The notes under the pieces were generated by a model. That model ran no database searches, was not told the DNA's origin, and saw nothing but the letters and a program-made list of their open reading frames with translations. A DNA stretch of 64,000 bases from an uncultured Gemmatimonadales bacterium (GTDB taxonomy: Bacteria; Gemmatimonadota; Gemmatimonadetes; Gemmatimonadales; GWC2-71-9): contig CAVVKJ010000005.1 in NCBI GenBank assembly GCA_963748815.1, positions 160,001 to 224,000 of the forward strand, given 5' to 3'. The translations under genes and the position numbers were made by a program. Each line of letters begins with the position of its first letter. Positions within the stretch are counted from its first letter, which is position 1. Shown piece by piece: positions 29,584 through 40,071 of this stretch.

Positions 29584-32500
29584 TCTCCTGGGCGGTGAAG
29601 CGTCCCGCAGTCATCGGCGCGACCGCGCTCGCCCTCTGCCTCGCAGGCGGCGTCGCCTTCACGCGACTCCCGCTCGCCACCCGCACCACCGTCGAACTGC
29701 CCCGGATCAGCGTCACCGTGTCCTGGCCCGGCGCCGCCGCGGAAGTGGTCGAGACCTACCTCACCTCGCCGATCGAAGCGGCGGTGCAGGCGGTGCGCGG
29801 GGTCCGGAAGACCAGCAGCGAATCGTCCGAGGGCCAGTCCCGCCTGACCATCGAGCTCGATCCCACCACCGATGTGCGCATGGCCCGGCTCGCCATCCTC
29901 GAGCGGATGGAGCTGCTTCGGCCGGAACTCCCGCCCGGCGCGCGCCAGCCGATGGTGGCCAACTGGGTGCCGGAGGAGCTGAGCGAGAGTCCCCTCATCC
30001 GCTACACCATCACCGGGCCGTACACCGCGGGCGCGCTCAGTCGCATTGCGCGCGACGACATCACGCCCCGGCTCAGTGCCGTCCCCGGCGTGGCCGGCAT
30101 CAACATGCGGGGCGACGCCGATCTCGGTGTGGCGGTGGCGTACGACCCGACCTTCCTCCGCCGGCAGGGGGTGTCGCCAGGACTGCTGTTCGAGGCAATC
30201 GCCAACTCCCGCATCGTGCAGTCACTCGGCGACGAACGGCTCGGCGCGTCGGTCCGCACCGTCGTCCTCCGCGACCAGCCCAACGCCATCGAGGACCTGG
30301 CCGACCTGCCGATTGCCGGGCCCGGCGGGCGGGTCTTCCGGCTGGGCGACCTCGCCACGGTGCGGCCGGAGGAGGACGCGCGCGGTCGGTTCTACCGGAT
30401 CAACGGACTCCCCGCGGTGTCCCTCGACGTGTCGCGTCTCGCCGCGGCTGACGCCATCCAGACTGCCGCGCGGGTCCGCGCGCTGGTGGCGGAATTGCAG
30501 TCGGTGCTGCCGCCCGGCGTCCGGCTCCGCATCGAAGACGACGAGAGCGTGGAACTCGCCAAGCAACTCACCGACCTGGTGCGCCGAGGCTTGCTCGCGG
30601 CGGTGTCGGTGGCGCTGGTCCTCCTCCTCACCCTGAGAAACCTCCGCGCCACGGCGCTGGTCCTTGCCAGCGCCGCCGTTGCCATCGCCGGCACCGCCCT
30701 CGGCCTGTATCTCCTCGAGATTCCCGCAAACCTGCTGACGCTCGCCGGGCTCGGCATGGGCATCGGCGTGCTGGTGCAGAACGGTCTCGTCGTGATGGAA
30801 CGGCTTCGCACCGCCCCCGACACGCCGGAAGGGCGCGCCGAGGCGGGGCGGAAGATCATGCCGGCCGTGCTGGGGAGCACGCTCACGACGGGCGTGGTCC
30901 TCCTGCCCTTTCTCTACCTGCAGGGCAACGCCCGTGCGGCGTTCGTGCCGTTCGCGGCGGCGTTCGCCCTCGCGCTCGGGTCATCGGTCGTGTCGTCGCT
31001 GGTGATGGTGCCCGCCCTCGGAGCCGGCCACGGGGTGGCGCGCGGCGGATGGCCGCGGCTCGACCGCGCTTACCGCTGGATGCTCATCAAGTTGCTCCGC
31101 TGGCGCTGGGTAACGGTGGCGCTTACCACGGCGGGGTTGGCCGTCCTCACCTGGGGCTTCGTCAACAAGGTGCCGCGCTACAACTGGGGCGACTGGTTCG
31201 GCCAGCGCACCACCCTCAGCGCGTCGCTCGGATTCCCGCGCGGCTCCGACCCGGTCAGCCTCGACCTCGGCATGCGCGAGTTCGAGCGCCTGGTCGTCGG
31301 CGTGCCCGGGGTGGAGCAGGTGGTGACGATGGCGATGGGCGACCGCGCCTACATGCAGGTGCTCTTCGAGAAGGAGGCGGGGCTCGGCGCCCTGCCGAGC
31401 CAGCTGCAGGAGGCGCTGACCCAGCGGGCCGTGCTGATCGGCGGGGCCAGCGTCTCGGTGCAGGGGAGTGGCCCAGGTTTCAATTCCGGGTTTGGCGGCG
31501 GCGGCAGCGTCTCCTACCGGGTCAAGCTGCTGGGCTACTCGTTTGACGGTGTTGAGCGGCTGGCGCTCGACCTCAAGGAACGGCTGGAGCGGATTCCACG
31601 GGTCCGCGACGTGGACATCAACGCCGGCAGCTTCTGGGGGCAGGACAAGGCGTTCACCGTCACCCTGATGCCGAACCGTGCGGCGCTGGCGCGCTACGGC
31701 CTCACAGCGCGCGACCTCTCCGCGGCGGTGGGGCGCGAAGTGCGGGGGCCGGTAGGTGCGCAGCGGATCGACATCGGCGGCGAGGAGATCGAGGTGAACC
31801 TCAAGGCCGCGGGCGCCCGTGAGCGGAGCCTCGAGGAGCTGCGGTCGGCGCTGGTGCCCAACGCCGCCGGGGCGCCCGTCCGCATCGGCGACCTGGCCAC
31901 GGTGGAGGAGCGCGAGGGGCTCGGCACCGTCACGCGCGAGGACCAGCAGTATGTGCGGATCGTCGGGTACGACTTCCGGGGACCCAACAAGCTCGCCGAG
32001 CGGACGCATACCGCCTTCATGGCCTCGATCGCGGTGCCGCCGGGGTATTCGGTGTCGGATCAGCGGTTCGACTACGACCGGGACGAAAGCGGCAAGGGGC
32101 TCTGGCTGGTCTTCGCCATCGGTGTGGCGCTGGTGGTGCTCGCGGTCGCCCTGGTGTTCAACTCGGTCTGGGCGACCACGATGGTGGCGCTTGCCCTGCC
32201 GATTGCCGTGGCAGGGGTCGGGGCGGCGTTCTGGGTGGCGGGAGCGGCCTTCGGGCGGGAGGCGGCGGTCGGGGTGATCCTCGTGGTGGGGCTCGCGGTG
32301 AATCAGGCGATTTTGCTGGTGCATGGAGCTCTCGAGCGGCGGGGAAGCGGGGAAGCGGGGAAGCGGGTCAGCTTGAGTGGGGCGGACGTGGTGCGGGTTG
32401 CCCGGGACCGCTCGGCGATGATTGTGCTCGTTACCCTCACCACCGTGGCGAGTCTCCTTCCCTTGGCCATCGGGACCGACCCCGATAGCCTCTTTGGATC

Positions 32501-32636
32501 GATTGCGCTGGCCACGGCGGGAGGAACGCTGTTTGGCACCATTGGCGCGATGTTCGTGTTGCCGGTGTTGTTGGCCGCTGTGCGGCCAAGGCGGGGAAGC
32601 GGGGAAGCGGGGAAGCGATCGACCCCTCACCCCTGA
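29580..32636 (+). CDS. RND efflux permease, subunit 2
   Basis: WPGAAAEVVE..PIE, NLLTLAGL, TLTTVASLLPL; GTGA overlap with subunit 1. Confidence 0.9.
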   Translation: MISWAVKRPAVIGATALALCLAGGVAFTRLPLATRTTVELPRISVTVSWPGAAAEVVETYLTSPIEAAVQAVRGVRKTSSESSEGQSRLTIELDPTTDVRMARLAILERMELLRPELPPGARQPMVANWVPEELSESPLIRYTITGPYTAGALSRIARDDITPRLSAVPGVAGINMRGDADLGVAVAYDPTFLRRQGVSPGLLFEAIANSRIVQSLGDERLGASVRTVVLRDQPNAIEDLADLPIAGPGGRVFRLGDLATVRPEEDARGRFYRINGLPAVSLDVSRLAAADAIQTAARVRALVAELQSVLPPGVRLRIEDDESVELAKQLTDLVRRGLLAAVSVALVLLLTLRNLRATALVLASAAVAIAGTALGLYLLEIPANLLTLAGLGMGIGVLVQNGLVVMERLRTAPDTPEGRAEAGRKIMPAVLGSTLTTGVVLLPFLYLQGNARAAFVPFAAAFALALGSSVVSSLVMVPALGAGHGVARGGWPRLDRAYRWMLIKLLRWRWVTVALTTAGLAVLTWGFVNKVPRYNWGDWFGQRTTLSASLGFPRGSDPVSLDLGMREFERLVVGVPGVEQVVTMAMGDRAYMQVLFEKEAGLGALPSQLQEALTQRAVLIGGASVSVQGSGPGFNSGFGGGGSVSYRVKLLGYSFDGVERLALDLKERLERIPRVRDVDINAGSFWGQDKAFTVTLMPNRAALARYGLTARDLSAAVGREVRGPVGAQRIDIGGEEIEVNLKAAGARERSLEELRSALVPNAAGAPVRIGDLATVEEREGLGTVTREDQQYVRIVGYDFRGPNKLAERTHTAFMASIAVPPGYSVSDQRFDYDRDESGKGLWLVFAIGVALVVLAVALVFNSVWATTMVALALPIAVAGVGAAFWVAGAAFGREAAVGVILVVGLAVNQAILLVHGALERRGSGEAGKRVSLSGADVVRVARDRSAMIVLVTLTTVASLLPLAIGTDPDSLFGSIALATAGGTLFGTIGAMFVLPVLLAAVRPRRGSGEAGKRSTPHP

Positions 32637-32876
32637 CCCCTCTCCCTCCGGGAGAGGGGAAAGTCAGGATCACGAGGAGCCCTTTGCGCCTCTTGGCGTC
32701 TTTGCGTTGAAACGCTGTTGACGCAAGCGGGCAAAGAACATGGACCCCGGCGACCCTGCCCCGGCGAAAGCCGGGGGCCGGGGTGACGTCATTCTGCAGT
32801 CTGCAAGTCGCCAGTCCACAGTCCTCAGTCCTCCTTGCCCCTTTCTCCTTCCGCCCCACCAAGTCCCAAGTCCTCT
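32590..32876. repeat. Compound repeat cluster: octamers, family B, family D, nested family A, heptamers
   Basis: (gcggggaa)3; 32621-32660; 32682-32710; 32741-32787; cagtcctcagtcctc; ccaagtcccaagtcctct. Confidence 0.8.
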
Positions 32877-33020
32877 TTCTCTTTCCTCTTCCATCCCTTT
32901 GTCCCCCAATACTTTACCAGTGTCCATTTCGGTTGATTTCCCCCCCCGAAAGAGGGTATATTTGTCCGTTCCCGGTGGCCCGGCCGGCCACCCGGTTGTC
33001 CGCACCAACCCCGAGTTCAC

Positions 33021-35525
33021 ATGACCGCCCCGAATTCCCGCGAGCGCATCCTTCCTCGCCTGATCGAAGAAGAGATGCAGCAGTCGTTCATCAACTACTC
33101 GATGAGCGTCATCGTCTCCCGCGCGCTTCCCGACGTGCGCGACGGCCTCAAGCCCGTCCACCGCCGCATTCTCTACGCGATGAACGAGCTGGGCCTGGTC
33201 CCGGGGCGGGCCTACAAGAAGTCCGCGACGGTGGTGGGCGACGTGCTCGGCAAGTACCACCCGCACGGCGACTCGTCGGTGTACGACGCGCTGGTGCGTA
33301 TGGTGCAGGACTTCTCCCTTCGCTACCCGCTGGTGGACGGCCAGGGCAACTTCGGCTCGGTCGACGGCGACTCGGCGGCGGCGTACCGGTACACCGAGGC
33401 CCGCCTGACCCGCATCGCGATGACGATGCTGGAGGACATCGACAAGAACACCGTCGATTACCAGCCCAACTTCGACGACCGGCTTCAGGAGCCGACCGTC
33501 CTCCCGTCCACGATCCCCAACCTGCTGGTCAACGGCTCGAGCGGCATTGCCGTCGGCATGGCCACCAACATCCCGCCCCACAACCTCCGCGAAGTCGCGA
33601 AGGCGGTGGAACTGCTGGTGGACAACCCGGCCGCCGAGATCAGCGACCTCCGCAAGGTCATCAAGGGGCCCGACTTCCCCACCGCCGGCTACATCTACGG
33701 CCGCGACGGGATCAAGGAAGCCTATGAAACGGGGCGGGGCCGGGTGGTCATGCGGGCCCGCGCCCAGATCGAGGAAAAGGAGTCGAGCAACAAGTCGCAG
33801 ATCGTCGTCACCGAGATTCCCTACCAGGTCAACAAGGAAAACCTGGTCCGGTCCATCGCCGAGCTGGCCATGGCGAAGAAGATCGAGGGGATCACCGGCG
33901 TGCGCGACGAGTCCGACCGCGACGGCATGCGCATCGTCATCGAGCTCAAGCGCGACTGCATCCCGAACGTGGTGCTGAACCAGCTGTACAAGCGGACCAC
34001 GATGCAGTCCACCTTCGGCGTCATCATGCTCGCGCTGGTGGGCGGCGTGCCCAAGGTGATGGACCTGAAGGAGATGCTGTCGCATTTCATTGCGCACCGG
34101 CACCAGATCATCATCCGGCGCACCCAGTTCGACCTCGACGCGGCGCAGGCTCGGGAGCACATCCTCGACGGCCTCAAGATTGCCGTCGACAACATCGACG
34201 AGGTCATCAAGATCATCCGCGGCTCGGCGGACACGCCCGAGGCCGACGCCAAGCTGCGCAAGCGGTTCAAGTTCAGCGAGAAGCAGAGCGACGCGATCCT
34301 CAACATGCGGCTCGCCAAGCTCACCGGGCTCGAGATCGACAAGCTCGAGGCGGAGCTCGCCGAGGTGCGCGCCACCATCGCCGACCTCAAGGACATCCTC
34401 GGTTCCCAGCCCCGTCGCGACGGCATCCTGAAGACGGAGACCGCCGAGGTGGCCGCCAAGTACGGCGACGACCGCCGGACGGAAATCGTGGCCGACCAGG
34501 GCGACTTCTCGGTCGAGGACCTGATCGCCGAAGAGGACATGGTCATCACCATCTCCCACACCGGCTACATCAAGCGGATCCCCGTCACCACCTACAAGCG
34601 GCAGCGCCGCGGCGGCCGCGGCATGGCCGGCATGGGGACCAAGGAAGACGACTGGGTGGAGCACCTCTTCATCGCCAGTACGCACGACTACCTGATGTTC
34701 TTCACTGACCGCGGCCAGGTGTACTGGCTCAAGGTCCACGAGATCCCGCAGGGTGGACGCGCGGCGCGCGGCAAGCCGGTGGTCAACTGCATCGCCATCG
34801 GGAACGACGAAATCGTCGCCTCGACGGTGGCGGTGCGCGAATTCACCGATGACCGCTCGCTGATGTTCGCCACCCGGAACGGGACGGTGAAGAAGACCGT
34901 CCTCTCCGCCTACGGCAACGTCCGCTCCAACGGCATCAACGCCATCAACATCGACGGTGACGACGCGCTCATCGACGTCCAACTCTGCGACGCCAACAAC
35001 GACATCGTGCTCGCCACGCGCGACGGCATGAGCATCCGGTTCCACCAGGGCGACGTGCGCGAAATGGGCCGCGCCACCAGCGGCGTCAAGGGCATCGAGC
35101 TCGACAAGGATGACGCGGTCATCGGCATGGTCGTGGTCCGCCGCGAAGCCACGCTCCTGGTGGTGAGCGAGAAGGGCTACGGCAAGCGCTCCGAACTCAG
35201 CGAGTACCGGGTCCAGAAGCGCGGCGGCAAGGGCATCATCACCCTGAAGAAGACCGAAAAGACCGGCCGGATGGTGGCGCTCAAGGAGGTCATTCCGGAC
35301 GACGAGCTGATGATGATCACCCGGCACGGCGTCATCATCCGGGTGCCGGTCGAGGGCATCAGCGTCATCGGCCGCAACACGCAGGGGGTGCGGGTCATCA
35401 ACCTCGACGCCGGCGACCAGCTCGTCGACGTGGCGCGCGTGGTGAAGGAAGACGACAGCGGCACCGAGGAGCCGACCGGCGACGAAGCCACCGCGCCCGC
35501 CGGCGAGACGGACGAGGACGGATGA
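33021..35525 (+). CDS. gyrA: DNA gyrase subunit A
   Basis: [31 protein letters not shown], GyrA-box QRRGGRG, C-terminal pinwheel repeats. Confidence 0.97.
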   Translation: MTAPNSRERILPRLIEEEMQQSFINYSMSVIVSRALPDVRDGLKPVHRRILYAMNELGLVPGRAYKKSATVVGDVLGKYHPHGDSSVYDALVRMVQDFSLRYPLVDGQGNFGSVDGDSAAAYRYTEARLTRIAMTMLEDIDKNTVDYQPNFDDRLQEPTVLPSTIPNLLVNGSSGIAVGMATNIPPHNLREVAKAVELLVDNPAAEISDLRKVIKGPDFPTAGYIYGRDGIKEAYETGRGRVVMRARAQIEEKESSNKSQIVVTEIPYQVNKENLVRSIAELAMAKKIEGITGVRDESDRDGMRIVIELKRDCIPNVVLNQLYKRTTMQSTFGVIMLALVGGVPKVMDLKEMLSHFIAHRHQIIIRRTQFDLDAAQAREHILDGLKIAVDNIDEVIKIIRGSADTPEADAKLRKRFKFSEKQSDAILNMRLAKLTGLEIDKLEAELAEVRATIADLKDILGSQPRRDGILKTETAEVAAKYGDDRRTEIVADQGDFSVEDLIAEEDMVITISHTGYIKRIPVTTYKRQRRGGRGMAGMGTKEDDWVEHLFIASTHDYLMFFTDRGQVYWLKVHEIPQGGRAARGKPVVNCIAIGNDEIVASTVAVREFTDDRSLMFATRNGTVKKTVLSAYGNVRSNGINAINIDGDDALIDVQLCDANNDIVLATRDGMSIRFHQGDVREMGRATSGVKGIELDKDDAVIGMVVVRREATLLVVSEKGYGKRSELSEYRVQKRGGKGIITLKKTEKTGRMVALKEVIPDDELMMITRHGVIIRVPVEGISVIGRNTQGVRVINLDAGDQLVDVARVVKEDDSGTEEPTGDEATAPAGETDEDG

Positions 35526-36491
35526 GCACGGTGCACGCGCCCGCCGTCACCCTCGACGACGTCCGCGCCGCCGCCGTAACGATCGCGGGCGTCACCGCGC
35601 GGACCCCGCTGGTCGAGATGCCGGCGCTCACCAAGCTCACCGGGCACTCGGTGGCGCTGAAATGCGAGCAGCTGCAGCCGATCGGCGCCTTCAAGGTGCG
35701 CGGGGCCTACAACGCCATCCAGCGGATGCCGAAGGAGGCGCGGGCGCGCGGCGTCATCACCTATTCGAGCGGCAATCACGGGCTGGCGGTGTCCTGGGCG
35801 GCGTCCAAGGTCGGTGTCCGGGCCGTCATCGTCATGCCGAACACCGCTCCCCAGGTCAAGGTGGACGGGGTGCGCAAGCTCGGCGGCGAGGTGGTGTTCG
35901 TGGGCCCCCGCTCGCTGGACCGCAAGGTGAAGGCCGAGGAGATCTGCGCCGCCGAGGGACTGGCCATGCTGCCGCCCTTTGACCACCCCGACGTCATTGC
36001 GGGGCAGGGCACCTGTGGCGTGGAAATCCTGGAGGCCTGGCCGCACGTCGAGACCATCCTGGTGCCGGTGGGCGGCGGCGGGTTGCTGGCCGGCATTTGC
36101 GTGGCGGTGGCGGGCATGCACCCCGAGGTGAAGGTGGTGGCGGTGGAGCCCGAGGGCGCCGCCAAGCTGACCGCCGCCATGCAGGCCGGTGCGTCCCTCC
36201 ACGCTGGAACGCGCCACCAGCATGGCCGACGGGTTGCTCACCTTGTCGGTGGGCTCCATGACTTATCCGCTCATCGCGCCGGTCATCCACGAGGTGGTGA
36301 CGGTTTCCGACGACGAGATCGCCAACGCCGTCCGCCTCCTGCATCATGAAGCGGGGCTGCGCGTGGAGCCCTCCGGGGCCGTCACGACCGCGGCGCTGCT
36401 TGCCCGGAAGGTGCGGCCGCAGGGCCCGGCAGTGGCGGTGGTGAGTGGTGGTAACATGGATGAGGACTTCTTCGACCGGTTGGTGAGCTGA
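35522..36491 (+). CDS. Threonine/serine dehydratase family (PLP); frameshift near 36190
   Basis: [21 protein letters not shown]; second frame MADGL, VEPSGA, SGGN. Confidence 0.88.
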
Positions 36492-37922
36492 ATGAGCCTG
36501 GCACCGAAGATCATCGTCGCCGACGACGATCAGGCCCTGACCCGCACGCTGTCCTGGATTCTCAAGGACAACGGGTATGAAGTCACGACCGTGCCCGGCG
36601 GCGAGAATCTCTTCGACCACCTCCTCTCCGATCAGTTCGACCTCCTCCTCCTCGACATCATGATGCCGAAGGTGGATGGCCTGCAGCTCCTCGAGAAGGT
36701 CAAGACCGACTACCGCTTCAAGGACCTCCCCGTCCTGATGATTTCCTCGATGCCTCCCGAGGAGGCCACGGTCCGCGCCCTCGGTCTTGGCGCCGCCGAT
36801 TTCATCTCGAAGCCCTTCCGGGTGCGGGAACTCCTGGCGCGGGTCAAGGCGCATCTCCGCACCGGGCGCGAGCTCAACCAGGCCCGCGCGGAGGCGCGCT
36901 CGCGCACCGAGATGGTGGACATCCTGCAGGAAGTGACCGCCACCCTCAAGCCGGACGAGATCTACCAGATCCTGGTGCGGCGGGTGGCGCGCGGGCTCCG
37001 GATCTCCAAGTGCTCCATCCTGATCGGTTCGCCTGAAGACGAGGCCGGCACCGTGGTGGCGGCGTACGAGAATCCGATGCTGCGCAATCTCCGGGTGGAC
37101 CTGCGCCGCTATCCTGAAATCCAGCAGGCGCTGAAGACCGGTCAGGTCGTGCTGGTGCAGGACGTCCTCACCGATCCCCTCTATTCGGCGGTGCGTGCCG
37201 AGTGGGAGGCGGAAGGGGTGGCCGTGCCGACGCGGTCCGCGCTCGCGCTGCCGTTCCAGCTGAAGGGCCAGCAGGTGGGGGTCTTCTTCCTCCGCACCAC
37301 GGCCGAGGACGCGCCCCTCAATGACCAGGACGTGCAGTTCGCCGACCAGGTCATCAAGGCCGCCGTGGCGGCGCTCGAAAAGGCGTACGACCTCGAGACC
37401 GCGATGGACGGCCAGGAGCACATGCGGCACCTGGCGGAAACCGACCCGCTGACCGACACCTACAACCGACGCGCCCTCAGCGACAAGCTGGTGCAGGAGA
37501 TGGAACGGGCCGAGCGGTACGGCACGGTGCTCACCTGCCTGATGGTGGACATCGACGAGTTCAAGAAGATCAACGACGAGCACGGGCACCTGACCGGCGA
37601 CCGCGTGCTGCGCAGCCTGGCCAACCTCCTCAAGCGCGAGCAGCGCGCCGTGGACGTGCTGGCCCGCTATGGCGGCGAGGAGTTCACGCTCCTCCTCCCG
37701 GAAACGGGTCCGACCGGCGCCCGCATCTTCGCCGAGCGGATCATCCGCCGCGTGGCGGCCCATGATTTCGGCGAGCCGGGTCGACCGGTGCACGTGACCA
37801 TCAGCATCGGCGTGGCCACCTTTCCCGATGAGCGCATCACCGATCCCGAGTCGTTCCTCAAGCTGGCCGACGCCAACATGTACAAGGCGAAGGCGGACGG
37901 CCGCAACCGGTTTCGGGATTGA
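36492..37922 (+). CDS. Response-regulator diguanylate cyclase (REC-GAF-GGDEF)
   Basis: ADDD, LDIMMPKVDG, KPF; DPLT, DIDEFKKIND, RYGGEEF. Confidence 0.92.
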   Translation: MSLAPKIIVADDDQALTRTLSWILKDNGYEVTTVPGGENLFDHLLSDQFDLLLLDIMMPKVDGLQLLEKVKTDYRFKDLPVLMISSMPPEEATVRALGLGAADFISKPFRVRELLARVKAHLRTGRELNQARAEARSRTEMVDILQEVTATLKPDEIYQILVRRVARGLRISKCSILIGSPEDEAGTVVAAYENPMLRNLRVDLRRYPEIQQALKTGQVVLVQDVLTDPLYSAVRAEWEAEGVAVPTRSALALPFQLKGQQVGVFFLRTTAEDAPLNDQDVQFADQVIKAAVAALEKAYDLETAMDGQEHMRHLAETDPLTDTYNRRALSDKLVQEMERAERYGTVLTCLMVDIDEFKKINDEHGHLTGDRVLRSLANLLKREQRAVDVLARYGGEEFTLLLPETGPTGARIFAERIIRRVAAHDFGEPGRPVHVTISIGVATFPDERITDPESFLKLADANMYKAKADGRNRFRD

Positions 37923-38902
37923 GCGCGCTGCGCTGCCCCCAGTGCCGGGCAGTGTACGCCGAGCCGGCGCGGTTCTGCACGCGGGACGGCACCGCGCTGG
38001 AGCCGAAGGAGGAGGCCTCCGACCTTCCCGGCACCGTGCTCGACGAGCGGTTCGAGGTCCGGCGCCAGATCGGTGAAGGCGGCATGGCCGCGGTCTTCCT
38101 GGCCTCCGACCTTTCCACCGGCGCCGATGTTGCCGTCAAGGTGCTCGCCCCCCACCTCATGGCCGACCCGCAGTCCGTCGAGCGCTTCAAGCGCGAGGCG
38201 CTCATCGCCAGCCGGTTCGACCATCCCAGCGTCTGCCCCATCCTCCAGCTCGGCGCCACCCCCGCGGGGCTCGTCTACCTCGTGATGCCGTGGCTCCCCG
38301 GCGAGGCGCTCCACGAGCGGATCAACCGCACCGGGCCGTTGCCGCTCACGGAAGGGCTCTCGCTCCTGCTGCAGGTGGTGCGCGGCCTCCAGCACGCCCA
38401 CGAGCTGGGTGTGCTGCACCGCGACCTGAAGCCCGAAAACATCATGCTGGTGAACGATCCGGCGCTCCCGGGCGGCACCCGCGCCGTGGTCATGGACTTC
38501 GGCCTGGCGCTCGAACTGGTGCGCCGCCCCGTGAGCCAGAAACTCACGGCGGCCGGCGTCATTCTCGGCACGCCGGAGTTCATGAGCCCTGAACAGATTC
38601 GCGGCCGCGACCTCGACGCCCGCAGCGACGTCTATTCGCTGGGCATCCTGGCGTTCGAGATGTTCGCCGGGCGGCTGCCGTTCGACGGGGAGACGGCGCA
38701 GGAGCTGCAAATCGCGCGGCTGCGGGGTCAGCCGACCCAGCTGCGGGCGGTGCGCCCGGAAATGCCGGCCCGCCTGGAAGCGGCGCTCATGCGCGCGCTC
38801 GCCATGGATCCCGCCAACCGGTTTCCCACGATGGCCGCCTTTGGCGACGCGCTCGATACCGTCCTCCGCTCCACCCCGCCCGGCGAATCGGGCCAGGCAT
38901 GA
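37919..38902 (+). CDS. Ser/Thr protein kinase with N-terminal zinc ribbon
   Basis: GEGGMA, VAVK, HRDLKPEN, DFG, GTPEFMSPE. Confidence 0.92.
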   Translation: MSALRCPQCRAVYAEPARFCTRDGTALEPKEEASDLPGTVLDERFEVRRQIGEGGMAAVFLASDLSTGADVAVKVLAPHLMADPQSVERFKREALIASRFDHPSVCPILQLGATPAGLVYLVMPWLPGEALHERINRTGPLPLTEGLSLLLQVVRGLQHAHELGVLHRDLKPENIMLVNDPALPGGTRAVVMDFGLALELVRRPVSQKLTAAGVILGTPEFMSPEQIRGRDLDARSDVYSLGILAFEMFAGRLPFDGETAQELQIARLRGQPTQLRAVRPEMPARLEAALMRALAMDPANRFPTMAAFGDALDTVLRSTPPGESGQA

Positions 38903-39987
38903 AACGCTACCCGGCGTTCGAGCCCCCGGAATACGTGAATTGGAAGGCGGACCCGACGCTGGTCGACGCCTTTCGTGCCACGATCAACCGGCTCCCCGAA
39001 CGGCAGGAGGTCGTTGCCCGCCTCTCCCGCGACGCGCTGCTGACGCTCTATGCGCGGTTGGTCCGGGCGCGGCAGCACGACATTGCGCTGTCGCGATGGG
39101 TGCGGCAGGGCGTCATCACCAAGGCCTGGCTCGGGACGGGGGAGGAGGCGGCGACGGTAGGGCCGGTCTTTGCGCTGGACCACGCCACCGACTTCGTGGC
39201 CCCGATGATCCGGAACGCCGCCGCCTGCTGCGACATGGGGATGCCGCTCGCCGACATGCTCCGCGCCTACCTCGCCACCGCCGACTCGCCCTCCGCCGGC
39301 CGCGACCTGCACGCCGGATCCCAGGCGCACCACGTGCTGCAGCCGGTGTCGCCGGTCGGGGTGATGGTGCCGGTGTCCGCCGGCATCGCGCTGGCCGGCC
39401 GGATCACCGGCACGCGTCGCGTGGTGATGAACTGGGTGGGCGACGGTTCCGCCAAGTCGGGCGCCAGTCACGAAGGACTGAACTTCGCCGCGGTGCAGCG
39501 CCTCCCCGTGGTCTACATCCTCCAGAACAACCAGGTCGCCCTCGGCACACGGCTCGACCAGCATCACCTCGGCGGGGATTTTGCCGACTGGCCCGCCGCC
39601 TACGGGATGGCGGGATGGAGCTTCGACGGCAACAATGTGCTCGACGCCTACGCTGCCGCGGTGCTGGCAGTGGAACGGTGCCGCCGCGGTGACGGCCCGG
39701 TCCTGCTGCTGGCGAACACCTTCCGCATGGGTGGGCACGCCACGCACGATGAGCGCGAGGCGCGCGCGACCTTCCCCGCGGAACTCTTCGCGCATTGGGG
39801 GCGGCGGGACCCGATCGGACTCTACGAGGCGTACCTGCAGGGGGCCGGCGTGAGCGAAGCAGAACTGGCTGACGTCGAGTCGGCCGCCACGGCCGTCGTG
39901 GAGGCCGCGGCCGAGGCCGCATTGGCGAGTCGGGATCAGCACCCGGAACCCAGCTCCGCACTCCTGGGGGTGTACGCGAGGGAGTGA
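38899..39987 (+). CDS. TPP-dependent 2-oxoacid dehydrogenase E1 alpha-like subunit
   Basis: GDGS..HEGLNFAAV..QNNQ, DGNNV, RMGGHATHD, RDPI. Confidence 0.85.
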   Translation: MKRYPAFEPPEYVNWKADPTLVDAFRATINRLPERQEVVARLSRDALLTLYARLVRARQHDIALSRWVRQGVITKAWLGTGEEAATVGPVFALDHATDFVAPMIRNAAACCDMGMPLADMLRAYLATADSPSAGRDLHAGSQAHHVLQPVSPVGVMVPVSAGIALAGRITGTRRVVMNWVGDGSAKSGASHEGLNFAAVQRLPVVYILQNNQVALGTRLDQHHLGGDFADWPAAYGMAGWSFDGNNVLDAYAAAVLAVERCRRGDGPVLLLANTFRMGGHATHDEREARATFPAELFAHWGRRDPIGLYEAYLQGAGVSEAELADVESAATAVVEAAAEAALASRDQHPEPSSALLGVYARE

Positions 39988-40009
39988 GGAACGAGAAAGA
40001 GTGGGGTGG

Positions 40010-40050
40010 GATTTCGTGTTTTCGTGTTTTCGTGTTTTCGTGCGTTCGTG
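40010..40050. repeat. Tandem octamer (TTTTCGTG)n
   Basis: Read directly; second array at 40916-40948. Confidence 0.85.
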
Positions 40051-40071
40051 TATTCGGTTTGAGGAGGCCTG

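Noticed and set aside
33255..33290. Quinolone-resistance substitution in GyrA
   Set aside because: GDSSVYD retains the Ser83 and Asp87 equivalents
32670..35327. Long antisense ORFs (also 7862..10033, 35994..37793, 42364..44109)
   Set aside because: Shadow ORFs expected opposite high-GC genes; no recognisable motifs
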